From positions 1 to 64,000 of the IMG/VR virus record IMGVR_UViG_3300006931_000029: a DNA stretch of 64,000 nucleotides; one strand, written 5' to 3'. A program made the translations under genes and the position numbers. The stretch's first letter is position 1. Every line of letters begins with the position of its first letter. Of the stretch, positions 1 to 10,221 are shown one piece after another. A model generated the notes under the pieces. That model was not told the DNA's origin. It did no database searches and saw only the letters and a program-made list of their open reading frames with translations.

Positions 1-2
1 AA

Positions 3-1715
3 CTGATTTCGATTGGTTGCAATCCTAGCGATCCTTTCCCATTTACTCCGGACTGGAACACGCTCGTCAACGAGGAAGACTACGATCCTTTCAACGACCC
101 CCGTTACGTCGGAACCGACTATACCAGTCCTCTCGGACCCTCAGCTTCTCGGCAATCCGGTCCTGCAAATCCAAATTGGACTATGTGTCCAGACGTGGAC
201 TACTGCGACGGTCCAAACGACTTGGACGTTGTTCAGCTTGATCGCTTCAGTCGCCGCTGGAAAGTTCGACTAGTAAGTGGCAAGGTCACTTTTGGACAGG
301 TTGACGTTGCACTGATCGACGCTCCGGAAGACATGTTTCCACCTAGCTTGAGCATGGCAAACACAACGTATATCACGTTGTCGTTTGATTCTCGCTCAGC
401 GCCATACTTTGCCTACCAGGTGGGAACCAACCAAATTCGAGTTCACTTCAGACTCAATGGCGTTCCGCTGAAAGTTCAGTTTACGGGTGAAGCTCCCCGT
501 CTTTTTTCAGAAGTCATCATCAATCCGATTGCCGAGCTGTGCGACGTGGTGCTTTTCTATGTCAGAGCCGGTAAAATGTACGTTCGGTTCCAAAGAGAGA
601 ATTTTGCCATCGAGCGTTTCGTCTGCGAGCCGACAATCTACGGCGAAGAGTTGGCTGTGTTCACAAAGATCGATGCCAATCGAGACGAACAAAGAATCTA
701 TCTCTACGGCAAAACTCTAGGAGGAAAGAGGCTCCTGTTTAGGTCCGGTCTCTACCCGGGATTCCCTGATCCTAATCCTATCCACGTCGACGTCGATCCC
801 GAGTTTGGCAAAAATGCTATCACGCTCGCGTCCGGATCGTACGAACGCATCGACACTGTCGAGTTCACGGACATGGACATCACCCTGTCGTCCATCGATC
901 ATTCTCGGCAACAGGAAGACGGCGCCCATTTCGTCACGATTCTCGATGGCACGACAGCACCTGTTGCGGAGAAAGGATCGACTTCAACGTCTATCTTAGA
1001 TGGATCGACGGACAGAATCTCCGAGGCTGGAGTCGTAGCCACCGTGATCGTTGATGGAACGACCGCCAACAACACAGCTCACATTCTCAACGATGTCACG
1101 ATCGCTGGAGGCACGTATGGAAACATCGGTGAGAGAGGCACCAACGCTATTACTCTTGAAAGCATCTCTAGCTTGAAAGGTGAGGACGCCTCAAGCTCTC
1201 TTATCGCGCTGGAAAATGGAACGCACGCCGAAGGCCAGTGGAGAGCGTTGAATGACATCACGCTTAAAAGGGTCGACCACATTTTCGGAGAGCACCGATC
1301 AACCAACCAGGAAACTCTAGCTGCCGTCTTTCATCGGTCAGGAAGTCACTCGATCAACGCCCACGAGACACTCAGTTCGATTAGGCATATCCACGGACAA
1401 CACGATGTCACCCAAGCAGAGACGCTTAAGTCTGGAGCCCATGTCGTCCGCCAGTTCAAGGCCTCCAATCGGTTGACATTGGTTTCTCTCAGTCACAAGA
1501 GTGGAACTGACAAAGGGCTTATCGCTTCAACCGTCAAAAACGGCATCATGTCTAAGGGTGACATTGGACGAGCCCGTTTGTCGGATACTTTCATTGGAGG
1601 CGAATATGCGTTCGGACTCCTCACATTCGACAATACCGATAGCGATCATTTCGATTCTACCAAATTTACGTGGGACCTAAACGTCTCACCAGACGACGAG
1701 GAAATCCCACCGTGA
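3..1715 (+). CDS. Probable virion structural protein (5'-partial)
   Basis: Frame of ORF 183..1715 stays open back to the window edge (LISIGCNPSDPFPF...). Repetitive beta-rich C-terminal half. Stop overlaps the start of the gp9/10-like gene (GTGA). Confidence 0.6.
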   Translation: MISIGCNPSDPFPFTPDWNTLVNEEDYDPFNDPRYVGTDYTSPLGPSASRQSGPANPNWTMCPDVDYCDGPNDLDVVQLDRFSRRWKVRLVSGKVTFGQVDVALIDAPEDMFPPSLSMANTTYITLSFDSRSAPYFAYQVGTNQIRVHFRLNGVPLKVQFTGEAPRLFSEVIINPIAELCDVVLFYVRAGKMYVRFQRENFAIERFVCEPTIYGEELAVFTKIDANRDEQRIYLYGKTLGGKRLLFRSGLYPGFPDPNPIHVDVDPEFGKNAITLASGSYERIDTVEFTDMDITLSSIDHSRQQEDGAHFVTILDGTTAPVAEKGSTSTSILDGSTDRISEAGVVATVIVDGTTANNTAHILNDVTIAGGTYGNIGERGTNAITLESISSLKGEDASSSLIALENGTHAEGQWRALNDITLKRVDHIFGEHRSTNQETLAAVFHRSGSHSINAHETLSSIRHIHGQHDVTQAETLKSGAHVVRQFKASNRLTLVSLSHKSGTDKGLIASTVKNGIMSKGDIGRARLSDTFIGGEYAFGLLTFDNTDSDHFDSTKFTWDLNVSPDDEEIPP

Positions 1716-2332
1716 ACATTCAACTACTGAACTTAGGCACAGTCGCCAACGACCGGACAGGCGATACCATCCGAGGCGGCGGCTCTAAGATCAACAGCAA
1801 CTTTCAAGAGCTGTTTTTCTTCGGCCCAGCTCGCCATCGCCAGTGCGCTCTCGTCTATAAAACAACAGGAGGCCTAGCCGATTTCCTTGCGTTCTCTGTG
1901 TTGAACGTCACCATCACGGGACCTTTTCTTGGAGCTATCGCCGGCAAGAACGATGACCGAGGTGAACGCAATCTCTCCGTCTATATTCCTGGCGTCGTTT
2001 CAAACGCGTGGACTGCCCAAGCCAACGGCGACACCTGGTTGTTCGTCTCCAGCACGCCGAACAGCGGAGGTTATGGTTTTGGCACAACCACGTTGGAACC
2101 AGCAAATCAGCAGTCCGCGCCTACGCCGGCAGCAGGCCAATACTGGTACGACACGCTCGAAGGTTCAGTCAAGACGTGGAATGGATCGGCGTGGGTTCAG
2201 GTCTACGCGCTCTTCATTGCAAAGGTTACGGCTGCAGCTGGAACCATCACGTCTTTGACTTACTTGCTGGACAACGACGAACTTATCGCGGCTAGGGCAG
2301 AGGCGGTCAAGGCGGCGATCGTGCTCGGTTGA
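1712..2332 (+). CDS. Baseplate/tail-fibre connector with T4 gp9/gp10-like N-terminus
   Basis: GTG start gives NIQLLNLGTVANDRTGDTIRGGGSKINSNFQEL, the gp9/gp10 N-terminal signature. Confidence 0.75.
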   Translation: MNIQLLNLGTVANDRTGDTIRGGGSKINSNFQELFFFGPARHRQCALVYKTTGGLADFLAFSVLNVTITGPFLGAIAGKNDDRGERNLSVYIPGVVSNAWTAQANGDTWLFVSSTPNSGGYGFGTTTLEPANQQSAPTPAAGQYWYDTLEGSVKTWNGSAWVQVYALFIAKVTAAAGTITSLTYLLDNDELIAARAEAVKAAIVLG

Positions 2333-2378
2333 TTTCTGGATTTACGGCTTGTGTTCTTGGGTGTAAACATCCACCCAC

Positions 2379-4739
2379 ATGGCCAAATCAGAACGGGCTG
2401 TCCCGCGCTTTCTCCTTCCTCCAACTTACCTTGGCAGCGTCAGCAAGGTCCTCGAGACGAATGTTGATGCCAAAATCGGTATCGACTCCCTGACGGGGGC
2501 CATCACGCAAAAGCCATGGTCTCACAAAGGAGCGTGGTCTCGCCTATTGCTGTGCGCTCTCCGTGGCTTGGGTCTACCGAACGTGAAAGTTCTCGGCAAA
2601 GGAGAAAAATGGGCCGATTTCGACATCATCATCCTCGAGCATGGCATGGAATTCGACGGGACATTCAACGTCTACGGTGGCGCCAACGATGAGTTGTCCG
2701 AGCGAGTTGAACAGTTTCTGAACTACGCAGGCGAGATTCTTTCCTACGAAGTTCCGATGCCAGACATCGGGGAGTTCGTCAATTCTCGATCTTCGTCTTG
2801 CTCGGCGAGGTTCGCAACGATGGTAGCGGCTAACTCGGCTTTGACAGAAAAATGTAAAGCCATCAAGTTTTTCGATCAAGTCGATCCTCACGGTCACCTA
2901 GTCATTGGAGATTCCCACGCCCTGTCGGCGTGGACGCCGTTGAATGAGATTCGCCGCCATGATGGGAAGACTCTGTATGGCGTCCTGAAAGAAGGGCTGA
3001 TCAACTTAATCGGCGCTCCGAAGAATTATTCCAAGATAACGGTCTACTTCGGCAACATCGACGTTCGCCATCATCTTTGCCGCCAACCGAATCCAACACA
3101 GGCTGCTGAGAATCTCGCAGCTCAGTACGCAGCTCAGCTTCGACAACTGAGCGAAATGGGAATCGAGGTAGAGGCTATTTCTCTTCTTCCGATTGAGGAT
3201 GAAAGCCGAAAGCTTCCGAAGACCGGATACTACAAGGGTGAACCGTTTCACGGGTCTTGGACTGACCGAGCTGGAGTCCGGGTGCTCTTCAACTCGCTGC
3301 TCAAACAGCTGTCGGTGGACGGTGACAAGAAGATTTTCTCGGTCTATGAGTGGCCTAGCTGCTTTGTGGACGACGGCAAGTTGAGTTTCGACGTCATGGA
3401 GCGGCCAAAGTCTGTTCATATTTCTCCAGAGTGGTACCGCACCGACCTTGACACCGGTGAAGTCCGGGTATGGCCAGCGGTTCGTCCTCCTCGCAAGAAG
3501 GTAGATGACACAGACGACGAGGAACCCTCGACACCTGCGAGCACAGAACCACCGTTGCCTGGTGCAATTCCACCAAAGGTCAAACGGGAACCGAAGACCA
3601 GGACGGCGGCATTCGGCAAAACGCCGTACTATTTCGACTTGGTTGACTACTACAAGAAAGCTCTCAACCTTCAACGGCGAAACTTGGGTCTTTCGTTCGC
3701 GCCGGTCGACGACGACCTGATGAATGCCGTGTCGATCTACGACACCGTGAACCGTCGCTATGCCGGCTTCTCAAAGGTTCTGGAGGACCTTCACTACGGT
3801 CCTGAACCGATCAAGTATCGACAGGCGTTGACGAAGAAGGCCTACTCCTTCTCCCACGTCCAATGGCAGTACATCCATCTCGTTCATCGCATCACCGGTT
3901 CTGGCGCTTCGTTTGAGAAGGACCACGGTTACCGCAACACGATCGTCTTCGAGGTGGCAGACGCCATAGAGCAAGGAGGCATTGACTTAGCAAAAGAAGT
4001 GGTGCTAAAGTGGGACCACAAAGGCAAAGCAATGTTCACCTCCATCGGCAATCAGATTCCTCCGTTCAACAAGCCCACTCCGCCATTCACTCGCGGTGGT
4101 ATTGAGTATTTGGTGAACTTCGCCCCGAGGATCGCAAACGACTACGCGTCATGGTTGGTAGACCAAGCTCGAGCGGGCAATTACGTTGGCATCCGAGAAG
4201 CCGTCGATTACGTTCTCGACCTTCAGTCAAAGCTCGGCCTGAAGAGGTACGCGTTCGTCCTCACAGCATTCGTGATGGATTCAGCCGAGTATTTCCCCTA
4301 CCTGGTTGATCCGTCGTCTCACTGCTACTACGGCAAAAATTGCACCGAGTGTCTCGACCTGATCGGCGACATTGATGGTAAGAAAGAGATTGGTTATGAC
4401 CTGATCATGGAGTCTCTCTGTGCCGACTGCGAGGAAGTTCAAGCTCAGTTCGTCGCCGATCGGAAGGCGGCGGGTCAGCCCACGCCAGAGTTACTCGCGC
4501 CAGTTGTCGATGTTCCGATCAGACCCGGATCGTCCAAGCTTGCCCGGCCATACGACGTCGAAGACGTTGCGTGCGACTACATTCGTTTCATCGAGAACTA
4601 TGTGCCGGACAACAAGCTCGGCAGTTACCGCCATCTCGACTTGAAGACGCTGTTCCACAACAGTTCCGTCACTAACCATCCGAAAGGACGGCAGCGTTGG
4701 ATGATGGAAGGCGTTAAGCCGGAACCAGCAACGACCTAG
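2379..4739 (+). CDS. Two-domain fusion: SGNH-like domain plus helical domain resembling phage amino-acid:DNA-transferase (aGPT-Pplase-like) proteins
   Basis: N-half IGDSH, YFGNIDVRHH, SVH; Pro/acidic linker; C-half DDDLM..YDTVNR and DVEDVACDYIRF. Family assignment is from motif memory. Confidence 0.5.
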   Translation: MAKSERAVPRFLLPPTYLGSVSKVLETNVDAKIGIDSLTGAITQKPWSHKGAWSRLLLCALRGLGLPNVKVLGKGEKWADFDIIILEHGMEFDGTFNVYGGANDELSERVEQFLNYAGEILSYEVPMPDIGEFVNSRSSSCSARFATMVAANSALTEKCKAIKFFDQVDPHGHLVIGDSHALSAWTPLNEIRRHDGKTLYGVLKEGLINLIGAPKNYSKITVYFGNIDVRHHLCRQPNPTQAAENLAAQYAAQLRQLSEMGIEVEAISLLPIEDESRKLPKTGYYKGEPFHGSWTDRAGVRVLFNSLLKQLSVDGDKKIFSVYEWPSCFVDDGKLSFDVMERPKSVHISPEWYRTDLDTGEVRVWPAVRPPRKKVDDTDDEEPSTPASTEPPLPGAIPPKVKREPKTRTAAFGKTPYYFDLVDYYKKALNLQRRNLGLSFAPVDDDLMNAVSIYDTVNRRYAGFSKVLEDLHYGPEPIKYRQALTKKAYSFSHVQWQYIHLVHRITGSGASFEKDHGYRNTIVFEVADAIEQGGIDLAKEVVLKWDHKGKAMFTSIGNQIPPFNKPTPPFTRGGIEYLVNFAPRIANDYASWLVDQARAGNYVGIREAVDYVLDLQSKLGLKRYAFVLTAFVMDSAEYFPYLVDPSSHCYYGKNCTECLDLIGDIDGKKEIGYDLIMESLCADCEEVQAQFVADRKAAGQPTPELLAPVVDVPIRPGSSKLARPYDVEDVACDYIRFIENYVPDNKLGSYRHLDLKTLFHNSSVTNHPKGRQRWMMEGVKPEPATT

Positions 4740-5022
4740 TCAATCTGTCGTATTCAGAAGCGAGCATCGCGCCAGCCCGCCGAAGATTCACAAGCGGATC
4801 GGCTGACGGTTTCCATGATTCGGCCTCGAACGGCCAGCACGGAAGAAGGAGTGTCTTCACCTCATCGATTGTGTGATGTTTCGCAAGCAGCTGGTTCGCC
4901 ATGGCGTAGCAGCAAGCGCCTGCCCCGATCTCGGCGTTCGAGTGAGAATCGTCATGACTCTCGGTGAACCCGTGTTGTCGCTGATTCCCCTGTTCAGTTG
5001 CAAAAGCTTCAATTCCGCTCAT
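4714..5022 (-). CDS. Conserved phage hypothetical protein
   Basis: HDD.H...WPF...WKP...AGA.LASE.DRL pattern typical of a small phage family. Confidence 0.7.
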   Translation of the reverse strand: MSGIEAFATEQGNQRQHGFTESHDDSHSNAEIGAGACCYAMANQLLAKHHTIDEVKTLLLPCWPFEAESWKPSADPLVNLRRAGAMLASEYDRLTRSLLVPA

Positions 5023-5064
5023 GCAATTAAGAATTGCACTAAGCCGAAATTTTTGTAAATCTCC

Positions 5065-5325
5065 TCAAGCCGAAGCCTGACGCGGTTTGTGATCGCGACC
5101 GTACATCTTGTTCAGTTGCAGACGGATTTTTTCCATCTCGCGCACGTGACACTCTGGACAAATGCCGTGAGAAATGTGACCGTCTTGCTCGGGCTCGCAG
5201 GGTTTGTCTTTGAAATGGTTTCCGCAGTTTTGACAAACGACCTTCAACCTGCCGGTGAAAGCAGGATTGTTCCTATCAGCGATGTCGGCCGCCGATTCCA
5301 TCTCGACTAGCTGCCGGCAGTTCAT
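5065..5325 (-). CDS. Small Zn-binding hypothetical protein
   Basis: CQNC and SHGICPEC motifs; ATGA overlap with the upstream gene. Confidence 0.65.
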   Translation of the reverse strand: MNCRQLVEMESAADIADRNNPAFTGRLKVVCQNCGNHFKDKPCEPEQDGHISHGICPECHVREMEKIRLQLNKMYGRDHKPRQASA

Positions 5326-5846
5326 GCTGGACCTGCGTCCGGAGGCGGAACTTCACCGGATGCCGGAGGTGCGGCTTCAGCGGCGCCTTCGCCACCTTCA
5401 GCACCAGGAGCAGGCGGGGCTTTCTTCGCGCCGAAGGAACTTGGACCTGCCGATTTGCGGCGACGAGGTTGAGCCTGAACATCGCCGGCAAGAGGCATCT
5501 CTTCCATCGAAGCGATCAACTTGCGCAACTGGTCACGTAGATTGGAAAAGTAGTTGGCAAGACGCCATGGGTCAACCGCCAGTTGTTCGGCAGATGCTTC
5601 CAGAACCTCGATCGTCTCACGGTTGATAGAACCAGTGATCTCGTTGTCCCGCCATGTCTGGAGGAAGGTATGAATCTTCGTGGCGTACGGTTCATTGCGG
5701 GCCGACTTGTACGTCGACTCCATAGACACGAGCTGACGCTCGATGCTCCCATACCACGAAACAGCGGACACGCCTGAGTATGCCTCAAGCAGATCGCAGT
5801 CGGTTGGGTGTTGAAACCGACCCCATGATTCGTAATCGTCGAACAT
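5322..5846 (-). CDS. Hypothetical protein with Pro/Ala/Glu-rich tail
   Basis: 174-aa ORF packed in a minus-strand operon. Confidence 0.65.
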   Translation of the reverse strand: MFDDYESWGRFQHPTDCDLLEAYSGVSAVSWYGSIERQLVSMESTYKSARNEPYATKIHTFLQTWRDNEITGSINRETIEVLEASAEQLAVDPWRLANYFSNLRDQLRKLIASMEEMPLAGDVQAQPRRRKSAGPSSFGAKKAPPAPGAEGGEGAAEAAPPASGEVPPPDAGPA

Positions 5847-5855
5847 AGTGGCTTT

Positions 5856-6626
5856 TTACTCCTCTTCGAGAGGAGCTGACTTCGCGATCTCGTCCCAATT
5901 GCCGTATTCGCGGAAGAGGCGGACGATCGAGTGGTTGACGTCTGACGTGCCAATCTCGCTGAAACCGCTCTCTCGCAGCGTGTCGACGGCCGCCCGGCGA
6001 ATACGCTGCATGATGGCAGGGTCAAGCGACTGATACTCCGCCATGACGTTCTCGAACGACTGCTCAAAAAGTTGGGCTTCCTCGACGGAATCTTTGATGG
6101 CGGACTTGACTTTCGGCGCAGCAGGAACTTTCGTGCCTTTGTCGTCGGTCGCCGGAGCTTTCAGGTCTGACCCAATTCCCTCAGGACCATCGTCGTTGCC
6201 ATCGTTCATGTCCTTGACCAATTGCTCAAGGTCCGGCACCTTGTCGGAATCCGACGGTTCGATCTCAGAGACGTCGACAAAATTGATGATGAAGCACGCA
6301 GGATCGTTGTTTGAGTTGACGTCGTTGGCGAATGCTGCCACCCAACCCAGCTCGGCGAGTTTGACGATGTTCTCTGCTTCTTTGAGCTTCGACGCAACTT
6401 CTTGGTACTTGCAGCCGTCTTCAACGCGAACAAACGCGCCGTTGACGTCGAGCTCGATCTTCAACTCGATGTTTAAGCCAAGGTCTTTCAAGGCTTTCTC
6501 GAGGGGTTTCTTCTTGACCTCGAGGCCCTCCACTTCAGCCATGTGTTCCATCACGTCAGCAATGGCCTCGTCCGTGTCCGGTTTGAACGACTCGGCGAAG
6601 AGGAAGTTGAGAAGATTTTTGGGCAT
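5856..6626 (-). CDS. Acidic hypothetical protein (possibly virion)
   Basis: 256-aa ORF preceded by a TAGTTA late-type motif. Confidence 0.7.
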   Translation of the reverse strand: MPKNLLNFLFAESFKPDTDEAIADVMEHMAEVEGLEVKKKPLEKALKDLGLNIELKIELDVNGAFVRVEDGCKYQEVASKLKEAENIVKLAELGWVAAFANDVNSNNDPACFIINFVDVSEIEPSDSDKVPDLEQLVKDMNDGNDDGPEGIGSDLKAPATDDKGTKVPAAPKVKSAIKDSVEEAQLFEQSFENVMAEYQSLDPAIMQRIRRAAVDTLRESGFSEIGTSDVNHSIVRLFREYGNWDEIAKSAPLEEE

Positions 6627-6720
6627 GGCAGGTGTGTCTTAACTATGCGGTTCTTGCTACTGAACCGGCCAGCTAAGAATTTGATTCTGTCTGTGTTCTT
6701 GGATACGTAAACAAAAATTG

Positions 6721-8328
6721 ATGAGCAGCATCCTGGATTACTTCCCTCTTACGCGAATTCGCCCGAGCCAGGAGAAGAGTTTGCTCTTCATCGAGAAAAA
6801 CATTCTCAACGGTTTTCGCGACATCATCGTTCAGGCTCCCACTGGTTCTGGCAAGAGTGCCATCCTCATAGCCATCTGCAACTGGATTAAGACGAGAGAA
6901 GACATCGCCGGCGTAAAGGGCGGTTACTACCTCACCGCACAAAAACTTCTGCAAACCCAGCTGGAGAACGATCAGCCGATTCTCAAGGAAGGTCTCAACA
7001 ATCTCCGCTCGATCAAATCGTCAGTGGAATACCCGTGCCCCGTCCACAAGAACTGCGGGTTCGGCACCAGAGCAAAGGACAAATGCCCGTGTGAAGGGAT
7101 GGAATGTGCCTACAAGGCGGCTAAAGGCAGGTTCCTCGCTTCAACGATCGCCGTCACCAACTACGCTTACTTTTTCGCCGAAAGGAGATATGCTGGCAAG
7201 CTGGAGAAGCGTCAACTATTGGCGTTGGACGAATGTCACAACGTTGAGCGTCAAGTTATTCGCTTTGTTGACCTGAAAATTTCGGAATCTCAACTAGAGA
7301 AATTTGCGCCAACAATCATGGGCAACGTTCCGCCGATCGATAGTCTCGAGGAACTGCTAAGTTGGGTTGAGAACGTGTATGTCAAGGAAGCCGTGTCTCG
7401 GTTGGAAGCGCTGCTTGAACTCGCGCAGGACAACAACTCGGGAGACCAATTCGCCCGTGATGCGTTTGATTTGGATCAACACATTTGCAAAACGAACCGA
7501 GCTATCAAGGACGCGAAGGAGAGTCCTAAACAGTGGATTTTCTGGACTGAGAAAGATGCAGAAGGAAAGCAAGAGTTCATCGCTCGGCCATTGCATGCAG
7601 CTCCGTTCATGGAGGAAATGGTGAACAAAGGCGCAACAGTTCGCGTCTACACATCGGCGTATCCCGGTGAGAAAAAGATCTTTTGCCGGTCGCTAGGATT
7701 GGACCCAGAAGAGACACCGATGTGCAAATTGAAGAGTGACTTCGACCCAAAGAATCGGCGTGTAATCGTTTTTGGCGTCGGCCCGATGGGCAAGAAAAAT
7801 CAGGAACAGACGATGCCAGCCCTTTTGAAAGCGGTGAGCAAGATCGTTGACAAGCACAAGACCGAGAGAGGCATCATCCACGGTCACAGCTATGACATCT
7901 GCAACAAGATCAACAACCATCTGCTCGAAGGACCACACGGGCAGCGTGTGATTTTTCCAACCAAAGCAGACCAGCGAGAAGAAGCATTTCGGCGGCATGG
8001 CGAATTTGAAGGATCGATTCTTATCACGCCATCGATGACGGAGGGTTTCGACTTCAAGGACGATCTTGCCCGGTGGCAAATCATGCCGAAAATACCGTGG
8101 CCTTCTCTTGGCGACAGGCAGGTTAAGGCAAAAGCAGATATGGACCCAGATTGGTACAGCTGCGAAACGGTGAAGGCGGTCATTCAAACCTGCGGGCGTA
8201 TCTGCCGCAACATCAACGACTACGGCATGACGTACATCTTAGACGACGATTTTTGGTATCTCCATCGCAAGGCCGAACACATGTTTCCGAAGTGGTTCTT
8301 GGAATCTGTATCGAACCATAGAAAGTAG
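6721..8328 (+). CDS. DinG/XPD-family SF2 helicase
   Basis: APTGSGKS, Cys cluster for Fe-S, DECH, EGFDF, K.PWP, QTCGR..R. Confidence 0.9.
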   Translation: MSSILDYFPLTRIRPSQEKSLLFIEKNILNGFRDIIVQAPTGSGKSAILIAICNWIKTREDIAGVKGGYYLTAQKLLQTQLENDQPILKEGLNNLRSIKSSVEYPCPVHKNCGFGTRAKDKCPCEGMECAYKAAKGRFLASTIAVTNYAYFFAERRYAGKLEKRQLLALDECHNVERQVIRFVDLKISESQLEKFAPTIMGNVPPIDSLEELLSWVENVYVKEAVSRLEALLELAQDNNSGDQFARDAFDLDQHICKTNRAIKDAKESPKQWIFWTEKDAEGKQEFIARPLHAAPFMEEMVNKGATVRVYTSAYPGEKKIFCRSLGLDPEETPMCKLKSDFDPKNRRVIVFGVGPMGKKNQEQTMPALLKAVSKIVDKHKTERGIIHGHSYDICNKINNHLLEGPHGQRVIFPTKADQREEAFRRHGEFEGSILITPSMTEGFDFKDDLARWQIMPKIPWPSLGDRQVKAKADMDPDWYSCETVKAVIQTCGRICRNINDYGMTYILDDDFWYLHRKAEHMFPKWFLESVSNHRK

Positions 8329-8351
8329 CCAGACTATGTTCTCCAGATAAG

Positions 8352-8672
8352 ATGCTACGTCTAAGCAATTTGGACCTAACAATTGCGTACTCGGTAATTC
8401 GATCTGCCGCTGATCGAACTGTTGAACTTATTCATGGCGAAGACATTTCTCGGTTTTGGGAAACGTCCGATCGAATACAAAAATTCTGGCTATTCTCGGT
8501 TTTTCCCTATGCTCCTGGCTACGAGCAGGTGCAGGTTTCCGATGACAAATTTATTCTTTTGCGTCCCGTTCCTGGGGTCGAAGTCAAGAAAACCACGGTG
8601 GAAACTTCCATCGCTGTATTTGGAAATGTTCTCGACTTCACACCTCTCATTGAATGGCTAAGCGCAATGTAA
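8352..8672 (+). CDS. Hypothetical protein
   Basis: ORF in tight + strand operon. Confidence 0.55.
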   Translation: MLRLSNLDLTIAYSVIRSAADRTVELIHGEDISRFWETSDRIQKFWLFSVFPYAPGYEQVQVSDDKFILLRPVPGVEVKKTTVETSIAVFGNVLDFTPLIEWLSAM

Positions 8673-8962
8673 ACAAGTTCCTCGAAGAGTGCATCGAATT
8701 ATGTTGGGTGTCTCAACGCACCCTGATCGACGACACTTGCGAGGAATACAAAATTCTCAGCGCTAAAGTGGAAGCTTTTCAAGAGGTTTACGCCCACTTG
8801 AACGATGGCGAAGAATACGACGGTGGTTCGGAGGTTCTTGATGATGACCGCCCAAGCCTCGACGAAGTCATAGACGGTAAGGCAAAAACAGCCCCAGTTC
8901 CGGTCGTTGACGACGAAGAAGAGGAAGAAGACGGCGAATCAGAAACCGACGAAGATGAGTAG
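8654..8962 (+). CDS. Acidic hypothetical protein
   Basis: ORF with D/E-rich tail overlapping its neighbours. Confidence 0.6.
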   Translation: MAKRNVNKFLEECIELCWVSQRTLIDDTCEEYKILSAKVEAFQEVYAHLNDGEEYDGGSEVLDDDRPSLDEVIDGKAKTAPVPVVDDEEEEEDGESETDEDE

Positions 8963-9245
8963 CGTAGTACCATTCACCAAAGCGTCAGAAAAAGATCGAA
9001 TCAAAGTCACAGTCTCGCTCAAAGAACTTGAGCCGGTTTTTCGTAGTGTGAACTACAAAAACCTAGCCGAGATTGTGAGAGGAACGCCGATCATCATCGA
9101 GCTTCCTGGACCTCGCAAAGTTCTCTTTGAAGTGAACCGAGAAGGAAAGACGGCTGCAACGAACGCTTGGCCTTTGATTCAACCTCAAGTCGGCAAACCG
9201 ATTCGCTACCACGTTATGCGCGTAACGGTTGCCAATTACGAGTAA
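8955..9245 (+). CDS. Hypothetical protein
   Basis: ATG at 8955 overlaps the previous gene end. Confidence 0.55.
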   Translation: MSSVVPFTKASEKDRIKVTVSLKELEPVFRSVNYKNLAEIVRGTPIIIELPGPRKVLFEVNREGKTAATNAWPLIQPQVGKPIRYHVMRVTVANYE

Positions 9246-9496
9246 TGGCAACCAGAAAAGCCACGCAAGAGGTTGTCATCGAACTTTCGAATGGCGTCAA
9301 AGGTGTGTTTAGCGGGCGAGCGATTGCTTGGCCCGGCCAGTCAGAAGGCGTGAGCGTCGTCGGCGTAAAATTCTTTGCCCCGAAGGTGAAAGAAAAGAAG
9401 GCCGAAACGCCAACCGAACCACCAAAACCGCCGGTCCCGCCAGTACCGACTAGTCAATCTGCAGGGGCGCAAACTCCTGCGCCGCCTTCAAAGTAG
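9245..9496 (+). CDS. Hypothetical protein
   Basis: TAATG coupling at 9243-9247. Confidence 0.55.
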   Translation: MATRKATQEVVIELSNGVKGVFSGRAIAWPGQSEGVSVVGVKFFAPKVKEKKAETPTEPPKPPVPPVPTSQSAGAQTPAPPSK

Positions 9497-10202
9497 TCTC
9501 GAGCTTCTCAATCTCGGCTTCGGCTTTTTCGCGTTTCGATTGATCGAGCTGAAGGTCTTTCACCGGACCAGGAAGAGCTCCGCTGAACTTAGCCAAGATT
9601 TCGCCGTAGGTGTACTTCGCCTTTGCCAGGGCGTACTTCTTGACCCAGTCAGCACCGTACACAGGTAGGCGTTCGAGAGGCCACATGGCGTATGCCAGAA
9701 TGCCACAGTGATAGCGTGCAACTGGATTATGGATGTAGAGACACGAATTGATTTCGTCCCACAGCCAGTCGGGTTGAACCGACGTCACGCGAGCCCATGT
9801 TTTTCTCCACCGCAAGAAGGTGTCGTACTCGTCGACGCCTGTTCTGAACAAAGGAGCCGGATCAATGAGATTGCCGTAGAAAATTTCTGTCGGAACTGGA
9901 TTTGGCTCAACGAACCAGACGTTGACCACGCCGAGACCCGGCATTCCACCAAAGCCCAAGTCAACCCCTTGAAGGTATTTGTTGACGTTTGTACTGAGCT
10001 TGATCGCTCCGTACCGCAGAGCTGGACGCCAGATGGAATAATAGCCGATGGCGTCTTGGATCGCGTCGAGAACGTGCTGTGTCGTCAACTCAATCTCCCA
10101 CACAGGAGCGCCAAGTTGGCGCAAAATGTAGTCTTTCAGCTGGTCGTGCGTGTAGCCGATCAGCGGCAGCGTGTCTCGAGATTGGGCAGAAGTCGTCGCC
10201 AT
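9450..10202 (-). CDS. Neck protein, T4 gp13-like
   Basis: LKDYILRQLGAPVWEIEL..AIQDA and WVKKYALAKAK...GEILAKF...LPG signature. Confidence 0.88.
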   Translation of the reverse strand: MATTSAQSRDTLPLIGYTHDQLKDYILRQLGAPVWEIELTTQHVLDAIQDAIGYYSIWRPALRYGAIKLSTNVNKYLQGVDLGFGGMPGLGVVNVWFVEPNPVPTEIFYGNLIDPAPLFRTGVDEYDTFLRWRKTWARVTSVQPDWLWDEINSCLYIHNPVARYHCGILAYAMWPLERLPVYGADWVKKYALAKAKYTYGEILAKFSGALPGPVKDLQLDQSKREKAEAEIEKLETTLKAAQEFAPLQID

Positions 10203-10221
10203 GCCCTAATTACTCGGTCGC

